Source: an uncultured Planctomycetota bacterium
GTDB lineage: Bacteria > Planctomycetota > Planctomycetia > Isosphaerales > Isosphaeraceae
Assembly: GCA_963818265.1 (NCBI GenBank)
Contig: CAWFRS010000005.1
Location: 1,628,587 to 1,692,586 of the forward strand
Direction: 5' to 3'
Length of the DNA stretch: 64,000 nt
Shown: positions 49,309-61,300 of the stretch, one piece after another
Layout: every line of letters begins with the position of its first letter
How positions within the stretch are numbered: position 1 is the stretch's first letter
Position numbers and translations under genes: made by a program
Notes under the pieces: model-generated
Databases searched by the model: none
Told to the model about the DNA's origin: nothing
What the model saw: only the letters and a program-made list of their open reading frames with translations

Positions 49309-52300
49309 GGAACGGCAGGTCGGGCTCGACGAAGCCATACGAAAAAGGGTCTCGAATCCGCCCCCGGCGCTGAGGCCGGGAGGAACCGGCTAGGAGGTCT
49401 TTGAGGCTGAGCTTTTGCTGCTGGTTTCAATCCGCCCCCGGCGCTGAGGCCGGGAGGAACCGGCTCCGCGGCCTCGCTGAGTGCCGGCGGAATCCTGTTT
49501 CAATCCGCCCCCGGCGCTGAGGCCGGGAGGAACAGACAACACATGTCGCAATATATTCTGAATTACCCGTTTCAATCCGCCCCCGGCGCTGAGGCCGGGA
49601 GGAACCCGCCGCGCCGATACGCGCGAAACCCGCGCATGACGTTTCAATCCGCCCCCGGCGCTGAGGCCGGGAGGAACGAGCTCTTTCGGTTCGATCTGTC
49701 GGATACATACAAGTTTCAATCCGCCCCCGGCGCTGAGGCCGGGAGGAACGTTAACGATTGCACGCCGCTAACAACGTTGGTCTGGTTTCAATCCGCCCCC
49801 GGCGCTGAGGCCGGGAGGAACGCAGAGAACGCAGTATGTCGACGTACCGCAATGGTTTCAATCCGCCCCCGGCGCTGAGGCCGGGAGGAACCTGACCTAT
49901 GCAGCGAAGTTGTGCGCACGTGGGTCAGGTTTCAATCCGCCCCCGGCGCTGAGGCCGGGAGGAACACGCCGCGAAGTGCTACCAGCTCTACGCCTTGATC
50001 GTTTCAATCCGCCCCCGGCGCTGAGGCCGGGAGGAACCCTCGACAGCGAACTCACCGAGGCCCTCGACCAGGTCGTTTCAATCCGCCCCCGGCGCTGAGG
50101 CCGGGAGGAACGCCAGCGCGGGCACGGGTGGCAAGGGTCATAGTTGTTTCAATCCGCCCCCGGCGCTGAGGCCGGGAGGAACGACATAAGAACCCTCGCT
50201 CACGAGCACGCGATGGCGTTTCAATCCGCCCCCGGCGCTGAGGCCGGGAGGAACCGATCGCTCGATTGGCAACATTGTCCCGGCTCTCGGTTTCAATCCG
50301 CCCCCGGCGCTGAGGCCGGGAGGAACCGCGGACTGGTTGTAGGCCGTGCCGTTGACGGTGAGGTTTCAATCCGCCCCCGGCGCTGAGGCCGGGAGGAACG
50401 CGAATTGGCCGCGGATACGCTGGGCCTGCATTTGGTTTCAATCCGCCCCCGGCGCTGAGGCCGGGAGGAACCGTCGTCTTCGACCGCTACACGTGGCATA
50501 TTTTGAGTTTCAATCCGCCCCCGGCGCTGAGGCCGGGAGGAACCGAGTTCGGCGATCTTTTGAACCAGTCATGGAACGGTTTCAATCCGCCCCCGGCGCT
50601 GAGGCCGGGAGGAACGCCACCGAAAGGCGTCCATGCCTTGGCACGGAGTCTCAGTTTCAATCCGCCCCCGGCGCTGAGGCCGGGAGGAACGCGCTCGTTG
50701 CGCGGCATAGTAGGCACGTTCGAGTTTCAATCCGCCCCCGGCGCTGAGGCCGGGAGGAACTTTTTTTCAAAACGGCTAATCTGTAGCTCCAATGAGTTTC
50801 AATCCGCCCCCGGCGCTGAGGCCGGGAGGAACGCCAGGCGGTGAAGACGAAACGCGCTCGTGTAGAACCGTTTCAATCCGCCCCCGGCGCTGAGGCCGGG
50901 AGGAACGCTACGCTCGCGGCCAGCACGACGCGCGAACGACGTTTCAATCCGCCCCCGGCGCTGAGGCCGGGAGGAACGCTACGCTCGCGGCCAGCACGAC
51001 GCGCGAACGACGTTTCAATCCGCCCCCGGCGCTGAGGCCGGGAGGAACCGGCTCGCCTGATTACGCGTTGCCTGCGGCCACGGTGTTTCAATCCGCCCCC
51101 GGCGCTGAGGCCGGGAGGAACTTGACTCAGGCCAACTCTCGCACGCCCTCGGTTGTGTTTCAATCCGCCCCCGGCGCTGAGGCCGGGAGGAACTCCCGGA
51201 GATCGTCGTGTAGCCAGGCGCCGTGATGTTTCAATCCGCCCCCGGCGCTGAGGCCGGGAGGAACCCGCAGCTCGGTCGGCCGTCGCGACCAACACGCCGA
51301 AGTTTCAATCCGCCCCCGGCGCTGAGGCCGGGAGGAACGCGGCGGCATGCATAACCAGGGATCACTTCCGATGTTTCAATCCGCCCCCGGCGCTGAGGCC
51401 GGGAGGAACACAACGACGGAGTCACCTTTCAATTGAGCCTTCCATGTTTCAATCCGCCCCCGGCGCTGAGGCCGGGAGGAACGGGCTCTACCTCCCTCGG
51501 TAAACGAAGCAAGCCAGTTTCAATCCGCCCCCGGCGCTGAGGCCGGGAGGAACATCCGAGAGTCCCAAAGTCCGACGGTCCGAGCATGTTTCAATCCGCC
51601 CCCGGCGCTGAGGCCGGGAGGAACTCTCTGCGTCATAGATAGCCATGGCGTCATCAGAGTTTCAATCCGCCCCGGCGCTGAGGCCGGGAGGAACCCCACG
51701 CCTCGAACGCGATCACAGCCGCGCTCAAGGTTTCAATCCGCCCCCGGCGCTGAGGCCGGGAGGAACAAGATTCACGAGCTGTTGAGCGATCCGGCGAAAT
51801 GGTTTCAATCCGCCCCCGGCGCTGAGGCCGGGAGGAACGCTTCGTGGCCCGTGCGATTGCCTTCCGGTCGGTGTTTCAATCCGCCCCCGGCGCTGAGGCC
51901 GGGAGGAACACGGCGGAATGCTGAACGGTTCCTGCTTGGTATACAGTTTCAATCCGCCCCCGGCGCTGAGGCCGGGAGGAACCCCAGTGATCGACCCGGC
52001 CGTGATCGCCGACGTGGTGTTTCAATCCGCCCCCGGCGCCGAGGCCGGGAGGAACATCAGGTTGTCCTTCGTTCGCTTGAGCTCGTCGATGTTTCAATCC
52101 GCCCCCGGCGCTGAGGCCGGGAGGAACCAGGTTGCCGGCCGCGGCCGAGTAATTGGCCGTTTTGTTTCAATCCGCCCCCGGCGCCGAGGCCGGGAGGAAC
52201 CTCGAACATGCTCGACACGAGCGCGACGACTGACTGGTTTCAATCCGCCCCCGGCGCTGAGGCCGGGAGGAACGGATCACTCGTCCGGTTCGTGGGCGGC

Positions 52301-55300
52301 GGCGTTGTCATGTTTCAATCCGCCCCCGGCGCTGAGGCCGGGAGGAACGTCGGGATATTCGCGTTTGTGCCGCACCAGGTTGCGGTTTCAATCCGCCCCC
52401 GGCGCTGAGGCCGGGAGGAACAAAACTACGCCGGGCTGCCCCTGATGCTGATCGAGTTTCAATCCGCCCCCGGCGCTGAGGCCGGGAGGAACCGGAGATC
52501 ATGGCTCGGCTGTGGGATGAGGATCAGGGGGTTTCAATCCGCCCCCGGCGCTGAGGCCGGGAGGAACGCCGGTCGCCTTCCAGAACACTGCCCCCGAGTA
52601 TGTTTCAATCCGCCCCCGGCGCTGAGGCCGGGAGGAACTCGCCGGCTATCTCGGAGCCTGGGAAGCCTACGTGGTTTCAATCCGCCCCCGGCGCTGAGGC
52701 CGGGAGGAACGAGCAACGTCGCCGAAACGTTGCAGGCGAGTTACAAGTTTCAATCCGCCCCCGGCGCCGAGGCCGGGAGGAACTCATGTATTGGGGCTGG
52801 GTGGTCGAGATTGGGTTGTTTCAATCCGCCCCCGGCGCTGAGGCCGGGAGGAACGTATCAACGGCGGCTCGACGTGCGAGGGGTTGGTGTTTCAATCCGC
52901 CCCCGGCGCTGAGGCCGGGAGGAACCTGACCATGTCGTACCCACTGAGCCGATGGCATCAGTTTCAATCCGCCCCCGGCGCTGAGGCCGGGAGGAACATG
53001 ACGGCCGAAGATTGGCAGCACTATTTCCGGCAGTTTCAATCCGCCCCCGGCGCTGAGGCCGGGAGGAACGAGAATTCGCGTCGAGCGGCGCGGGTTGAAT
53101 CGCGAGTTTCAATCCGCCCCCGGCGCTGAGGCCGGGAGGAACTTAACCTGTCCATGTCTTTTTGGGCAGGAATCCAGAGTTTCAATCCGCCCCCGGCGCT
53201 GAGGCCGGGAGGAACGTGTCGAGATAGGTCGTGTCGTACTTGCCAGCCCGGTTTCAATCCGCCCCCGGCGCTGAGGCCGGGAGGAACGCTTTGTGACCCG
53301 TGCGATAGCCTTCCGGTCCGTGTTTCAATCCGCCCCCGGCGCTGAGGCCGGGAGGAACCCGACGAGGAATACGCGGCGATGGACGACGAGATCGAGTTTC
53401 AATCCGCCCCCGGCGCTGAGGCCGGGAGGAACGCCAATCAGTTCGGGGCGAAGCGTGGTCAGGCCATTGGTTTCAATCCGCCCCCGGCGCTGAGGCCGGG
53501 AGGAACGCCGTCCTGGCCGCGATCCTGCACGATGAAGAAAGTTTCAATCCGCCCCCGGCGCTGAGGCCGGGAGGAACGGCCGTCTGGGTGTCGGTCGGTG
53601 GCGGCTGAGCGGTGTTTCAATCCGCCCCCGGCGCTGAGGCCGGGAGGAACGATACCCGATCCCCATCGGAATCGACGCGTTGGCCTGTTTCAATCCGCCC
53701 CCGGCGCTGAGGCCGGGAGGAACCGGGCCATGAAGCCGGCTCCCGAACCGCCAAAGGTTTCAATCCGCCCCCGGCGCTGAGGCCGGGAGGAACGACCCTC
53801 ACGAGCACCCGAAGATGCACCCGCACTGGTTTCAATCCGCCCCCGGCGCTGAGGCCGGGAGGAACCGCCGCGCGGACCGACGTGCAATTCGCGCTGCAAT
53901 GGGTTTCAATCCGCCCCCGGCGCTGAGGCCGGGAGGAACTTGACTCAGGCCAACTCTCGCACGCCATCTGTCGTGTTTCAATCCGCCCCCGGCGCTGAGG
54001 CCGGGAGGAACATACAACTCCGCGACCGGATCGCTTGGCGCGACTCAGTTTCAATCCGCCCCCGGCGCTGAGGCCGGGAGGAACCGGGCGGAAATGGTGC
54101 CAATGGATATATGGTGGTGTTTCAATCCGCCCCCGGCGCTGAGGCCGGGAGGAACCCGTGACCTTGGTCGGGTCCGACGGGTCCGACCAGGTTTCAATCC
54201 GCCCCCGGCGCTGAGGCCGGGAGGAACCCGGCGTTCGGGGTAGATGCGAAACCGAATCGGTTTGTTTCAATCCGCCCCCGGCGCTGAGGCCGGGAGGAAC
54301 GACGGGTCGCCCTTGCCGCTGGGTGTCATGGCCGAGTTTCAATCCGCCCCCGGCGCTGAGGCCGGGAGGAACGGATCGCCGGTGGGCGGGCTTCCAGGGC
54401 GGCCAGGTGGTTTCAATCCGCCCCCGGCGCTGAGGCCGGGAGGAACCGATCAAGCCTTGTGGATTCGGGAAGCCTACGCGGTTTCAATCCGCCCCCGGCG
54501 CTGAGGCCGGGAGGAACACGAGGTTTACGATTTCCGCCGGCCCTCGCCCCAATCTGTTTCAATCCGCCCCCGGCGCTGAGGCCGGGAGGAACCTGGCCGG
54601 CCGGTTCATCGCTGCCGCCAAATAAGTTTCAATCCGCCCCCGGCGCTGAGGCCGGGAGGAACTCCGCCGGCCGGGCGCCGAGCAGGAACAGCGTGAAGTT
54701 TCAATCCGCCCCCGGCGCTGAGGCCGGGAGGAACCTCCCCGCGGCGGTTGAGGCCGCGTGGGAGCTCTCTGTTTCAATCCGCCCCCGGCGCTGAGGCCGG
54801 GAGGAACCTGGACGGCGGTGTGTCGATCGAGGCCCAGTTCAAAGTTTCAATCCGCCCCCGGCGCTGAGGCCGGGAGGAACCATCGACTACCTCACGCGCC
54901 ATCGCCGCGTCCTCATGTTTCAATCCGCCCCCGGCGCTGAGGCCGGGAGGAACCTTCGCCGCGACCGGCGCGGCCGGTTTGCTCTTGCCGTTTCAATCCG
55001 CCCCCGGCGCTGAGGCCGGGAGGAACGCGTCGAGCGCGGTGCCGCGCCCCTCGGCGATGTTGTTTCAATCCGCCCCCGGCGCTGAGGCCGGGAGGAACGC
55101 GACGGTTCCGAGGAACAAGCGGCGACCGGCGACCCGTTTCAATCCGCCCCCGGCGCTGAGGCCGGGAGGAACGCGCGGGCCTGGGTGATAGCCGCCGGTG
55201 AGCAACATGTTTCAATCCGCCCCCGGCGCTGAGGCCGGGAGGAACGCAGGGATCAAGCCCAAGCCGCCCAAACCGGAACCAAGTTTCAATCCGCCCCCGG

Positions 55301-58300
55301 CGCTGAGGCCGGGAGGAACCCCGGTTGCAAGCGGGGGGCCGCCAGGGGTCGCGTAGTTTCAATCCGCCCCCGGCGCTGAGGCCGGGAGGAACCGCAGTAC
55401 ATCGCGATCAGCAAGGGCACGATCCTGTTTCAATCCGCCCCCGGCGCTGAGGCCGGGAGGAACTTGGCGTGAGCGCGGCGGACTGCGCGGCGGTTTGGAG
55501 TTTCAATCCGCCCCCGGCGCTGAGGCCGGGAGGAACGCCGTGCACCAGCGGCGTCAGAGTGCGCACCCAGAGGTTTCAATCCGCCCCCGGCGCTGAGGCC
55601 GGGAGGAACTCCAGGAGCTGGTGGCGGAGCTTGCTGCGAAAGGGTTTCAATCCGCCCCCGGCGCTGAGGCCGGGAGGAACGTGTCCGAGATCATCGCACG
55701 GTACGACGTGCAGGTGTTTCAATCCGCCCCCGGCGCTGAGGCCGGGAGGAACTCAGCGCAGCGCGTCATGGAAATCGCCCATCTGATGTTTCAATCCGCC
55801 CCCGGCGCTGAGGCCGGGAGGAACCCCGATCCGGCTGCTGCCGTCCAGATCCGCGAAGCGGTTTCAATCCGCCCCCGGCGCTGAGGCCGGGAGGAACACC
55901 GGCTTGCCGAACGCGTCGAGTTCGTCGGTTTTGTTTCAATCCGCCCCCGGCGCTGAGGCCGGGAGGAACACGTTGTAACAGAGGCAGCCGATCGCGACGA
56001 CGAAGTTTCAATCCGCCCCCGGCGCTGAGGCCGGGAGGAACCCGAGGCTCTCAAAAGAGCCAAGGCGACGTTCAAGGTTTCAATCCGCCCCCGGCGCTGA
56101 GGCCGGGAGGAACGCCGGCGAGCGAGTTCCGCAGTTTCAGGACAACGTTTCAATCCGCCCCCGGCGCTGAGGCCGGGAGGAACGTTTCCGCCGATGCCAG
56201 TGGTTCGCCAGTATTCCAGGTTTCAATCCGCCCCCGGCGCTGAGGCCGGGAGGAACCACCCGCTGCCTCATCCTGTTGTGGTCGTGCGCCGGTTTCAATC
56301 CGCCCCCGGCGCTGAGGCCGGGAGGAACACGGCTGATCTTGCTCGACGATGCCGATCAGGCTGTTTCAATCCGCCCCCGGCGCTGAGGCCGGGAGGAACC
56401 CAGATCGCCGACCTCATCGGGCTCCGCGACTGGTTTCAATCCGCCCCCGGCGCTGAGGCCGGGAGGAACGGGGGACGTAATCCTGATGCGATCCCGGACC
56501 ATGCCGTTTCAATCCGCCCCCGGCGCTGAGGCCGGGAGGAACGCCGCATTCGTCGTCGATATCGCGTCGTATTGATCGTTTCAATCCGCCCCCGGCGCTG
56601 AGGCCGGGAGGAACGGCGTGCTGGCCGCCCAGCCCGAGTACCCCTGCCCCGTGTTTCAATCCGCCCCCGGCGCTGAGGCCGGGAGGAACAATCGAAAATC
56701 CGCTTGCCATTGCCAAGGTCGCGGGTTTCTATCCGCCCCCGGCGCTGAGGCCGGGAGGAACGCCATGGATATCGATCGTGCAAAATGCCGACACGGTTTC
56801 AATCCGCCCCCGGCGCTGAGGCCGGGAGGAACCCGCCTGCGCCGCCGCCCGTCGTGCCGCCGATGTTGTTTCAATCCGCCCCCGGCGCTGAGGCCGGGAG
56901 GAACGAGCTGTCGAACGCGACGCCGAGCGGCGACGGCGGGTTTCAATCCGCCCCCGGCGCTGAGGCCGGGAGGAACCGCGGAAGATCGACCGGTGGATAC
57001 CGGAATCCTTGTTTCAATCCGCCCCCGGCGCTGAGGCCGGGAGGAACGCGTTGGTTGCCAAGCTCCAGTCAGTCACGGCGCTGTTTCAATCCGCCCCCGG
57101 CGCTGAGGCCGGGAGGAACGGCGCGACGCACGGGTGGACCAACCTCATCTCGGGGTTTCAATCCGCCCCCGGCGCCGAGGCCGGGAGGAACGAGATAACG
57201 TGGCCGCTCATGCCCGTTCGATCGAGTTTCAATCCGCCCCCGGCGCTGAGGCCGGGAGGAACCCCCGTGAGCACTCACGGCCGTTTGGCTGGGGTAGCCG
57301 TTTCAATCCGCCCCCGGCGCCGAGGCCGGGAGGAACGCTAGATCCTTTCGTGTGCGTGCGTTGGGTGGATTGTGTGTTTCAATCCGCCCCCGGCGCTGAG
57401 GCCGGGAGGAACGCGAGTTCGTCGATCCGTCCGACCGCTCCGACGTGGTTTCAATCCGCCCCCGGCGCTGAGGCCGGGAGGAACACGACGGCCACGGATA
57501 GCCTGGCAAGCGAGATCATCGTTTCAATCCGCCCCCGGCGCTGAGGCCGGGAGGAACGCCGCAGCCGTCGACGTCCTTCCACCACTCCATCAAGTTTCAA
57601 TCCGCCCCCGGCGCTGAGGCCGGGAGGAACGTGAATCATCCAGGCTATCAGCGTCGATAGCTCTGGTTTCAATCCGCCCCCGGCGCTGAGGCCGGGAGGA
57701 ACTGGTGATCACGTGAATGCGGCTTTTCATCGTAGGGTTTCAATCCGCCCCCGGCGCTGAGGCCGGGAGGAACCCGCTGCCCTCGTTGGGCTTGTCGCCG
57801 CAGAAGCTGTTTCAATCCGCCCCCGGCGCTGAGGCCGGGAGGAACACCTGCTTGTCGTGACATCACCGCACGACGAAGAGTTTCAATCCGCCCCCGGCGC
57901 CGAGGCCGGGAGGAACTTCGCTCTTGGCCTTGTAGAATCCCGCGTGATAGGTTTCAATCCGCCCCCGGCGCTGAGGCCGGGAGGAACAGCGGCTCAGGGC
58001 GAAGCATGGGCTCGATTGATCAGTTTCAATCCGCCCCCGGCGCTGAGGCCGGGAGGAACAAAGGAGTTTCCTTGCCTATCGACGGCTTGAGAATGTTTCA
58101 ATCCGCCCCCGGCGCTGAGGCCGGGAGGAACGCACGTCGTAATCGATTACCGTCGAGTGGCCCGAGTTTCAATCCGCCCCCGGCGCTGAGGCCGGGAGGA
58201 ACAGAGCTTCCCGACGGCGGTGACTTCGCCAGCATCAGTTTCAATCCGCCCCCGGCGCTGAGGCCGGGAGGAACGAAGGTCAGTGAACAGAACCGCACGT

Positions 58301-61300
58301 TGGACCATTGGTTTCAATCCGCCCCCGGCGCTGAGGCCGGGAGGAACGGCGATGCCGAAGACTTCCTCGAGCTCAACCCCGAAGTTTCAATCCGCCCCCG
58401 GCGCTGAGGCCGGGAGGAACGCCGTGTTGTCGAAGTTAGCACGTGCGAAAGCGAAGTGTTTCAATCCGCCCCCGGCGCTGAGGCCGGGAGGAACGAGGTC
58501 GCAGCGCCGCAGCTCAAAGTCGGGCGAAGTTTCAATCCGCCCCCGGCGCTGAGGCCGGGAGGAACCGCCATTTCCGCGCCGGAGGCTTCACCCAGATCAT
58601 GTTTCAATCCGCCCCCGGCGCTGAGGCCGGGAGGAACCCACCAGGCAAAGGAAGAGGTTACACCGGTGGGTCGGTTTCAATCCGCCCCCGGCGCTGAGGC
58701 CGGGAGGAACGAAGTGAATCATGTTCAGTCAAGGTGAAACCGAAGTTTCAATCCGCCCCCGGCGCTGAGGCCGGGAGGAACGCAGCGGCTGAGGCATTAT
58801 ACGCGAGGGGAGAGGTGTTTCAATCCGCCCCCGGCGCTGAGGCCGGGAGGAACGTGGGGGTTTTCCGCTTGAAGACTGGTCAGACATGGTTTCAATCCGC
58901 CCCCGGCGCTGAGGCCGGGAGGAACCCAACGGAACCGTCGTTCCCAACCTGCTCTTTTCGTTTCAATCCGCCCCCGGCGCTGAGGCCGGGAGGAACGCAA
59001 ACGCCGTGAACGGGGCGCTGTGGTTCTCGCAGTTTCAATCCGCCCCCGGCGCTGAGGCCGGGAGGAACTTGGCCGGGCTACCGGGGTCAGCCAGGTCGAA
59101 ACTGTTTCAATCCGCCCCCGGCGCTGAGGCCGGGAGGAACTCGTCGGGATGGCGATCGTCGCGGAGGGGATTAAGGGTTTCAATCCGCCCCCGGCGCTGA
59201 GGCCGGGAGGAACGCCCTCGCGATGGGCTGGTCGCGCTACCGACTCAAGGTTTCAATCCGCCCCCGGCGCTGAGGCCGGGAGGAACGCCATCGTTGTGTC
59301 GACCTGGTCAACGATCGCGAGGTTTCAATCCGCCCCCGGCGCTGAGGCCGGGAGGAACGACGGCAGCATGATTTCAGAAGTCAACCCATGATCAGTTTCA
59401 ATCCGCCCCCGGCGCTGAGGCCGGGAGGAACGCATGCGAAACTCCAGTGTTACGGGAATGACCGAGTTTCAATCCGCCCCCGGCGCTGAGGCCGGGAGGA
59501 ACCTCAATGGCGACCGGCTTGGTGGCCAATACGGTGTTTCAATCCGCCCCCGGCGCTGAGGCCGGGAGGAACGGGATGCCGACCTATACAGCACTCCCAA
59601 GGGCAGAGTTTCAATCCGCCCCCGGCGCTGAGGCCGGGAGGAACGGCATGTAGGGTATTTCCCGCGGAGCAGAAGAATGGTTTCAATCCGCCCCCGGCGC
59701 TGAGGCCGGGAGGAACGCGAGCCGCTCGGCGGCGACGGCGGCGTCGGCGAAGTTTCAATCCGCCCCCGGCGCTGAGGCCGGGAGGAACAGGGGAACACCT
59801 TCGCATGTGCGTGCGTCACAAAGTTTCAATCCGCCCCCGGCGCTGAGGCCGGGAGGAACGCAAGATCGGGAAACTGTTTAACGTCGATCACAAGTTTCAA
59901 TCCGCCCCCGGCGCTGAGGCCGGGAGGAACCCGAGTCGCCCTGATCGGATTGCCCTGCCCCTGATGTTTCAATCCGCCCCCGGCGCTGAGGCCGGGAGGA
60001 ACTGTGTCTTCAGACCGCCGCCGGTTCCTGATACTGGAAGTTTCAATCCGCCCCCGGCGCTGAGGCCGGGAGGAACGTGATGGGCCTGGCTTTGTCATTT
60101 AATGGTCAAAGGTTTCAATCCGCCCCCGGCGCTGAGGCCGGGAGGAACACGCATTGCGAGAGCCGATTCAGCCCGCGCTACGAGTTTCAATCCGCCCCCG
60201 GCGCTGAGGCCGGGAGGAACCCTACAAGCCCAGCGACTTCACCCGCGACGTGATTCAGTTTCAATCCGCCCCCGGCGCTGAGGCCGGGAGGAACCTCGAA
60301 TACCTGTTCTCGCACAACGCCCAGCGCGTGTTTCAATCCGCCCCCGGCGCTGAGGCCGGGAGGAACCCCACGCCCAAAACGCGATCACGGCCACGCTCAA
60401 GGTTTCAATCCGCCCCCGGCGCTGAGGCCGGGAGGAACTTTCAAGGCAAGCGGGATCGCGCAGCACGAGTTGTGTTTCAATCCGCCCCCGGCGCTGAGGC
60501 CGGGAGGAACACAACTTTCCCCGCTGCGTCATTCTTTTGAACCGTGTTTCAATCCGCCCCCGGCGCTGAGGCCGGGAGGAACCTGGCTCGCGGTTAACGA
60601 GACGGCCAAGGATCGAGTTTCAATCCGCCCCCGGCGCTGAGGCCGGGAGGAACTCCGTCTCGCGTTGCAAGTCGCTCGGCGAGAGCGTTTCAATCCGCCC
60701 CCGGCGCTGAGGCCGGGAGGAACCCCGCACATCCCGGTCAAGTACCGCGAGAAGCCGGTTTCAATCCGCCCCCGGCGCTGAGGCCGGGAGGAACGACTCA
60801 GCCGGCGGAGCAAAGAACCCCGTTGGCGTGTTTCAATCCGCCCCCGGCGCTGAGGCCGGGAGGAACGCCGTGTTGGCCGCGATGGCCGACGTGTTCGAGG
60901 TGTTTCAATCCGCCCCCGGCGCTGAGGCCGGGAGGAACTCGTGAATCCCGACTCGCCGGGCAACGTGAATCAGGTTTCAATCCGCCCCCGGCGCTGAGGC
61001 CGGGAGGAACTTACATCAAAGGAGGATCAAATGCCCAAGGAAAAGTTTCAATCCGCCCCCGGCGCTGAGGCCGGGAGGAACTCGCGAATCGCGGTGATCG
61101 CGTCCTCTTGGTAGGGTTTCAATCCGCCCCCGGCGCTGAGGCCGGGAGGAACTGCGCCTGCTCTGAACCACATAAACCTTATTCGGAGTTTCAATCCGCC
61201 CCCGGCGCTGAGGCCGGGAGGAACACGGTTCTCCCGGCGCATCGATGCCGATGGGCAAGTTTCAATCCGCCCCCGGCGCTGAGGCCGGGAGGAACGTCGA

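Noticed and set aside
52019-57916. Segmental duplication of a ~0.8-kb block inside the CRISPR array, suggested by the repeated +2/+8 pattern of variant repeats
   Set aside because: The spacers in the two blocks are unrelated in sequence, so a block duplication cannot explain the pattern. I kept it only as an unexplained observation.
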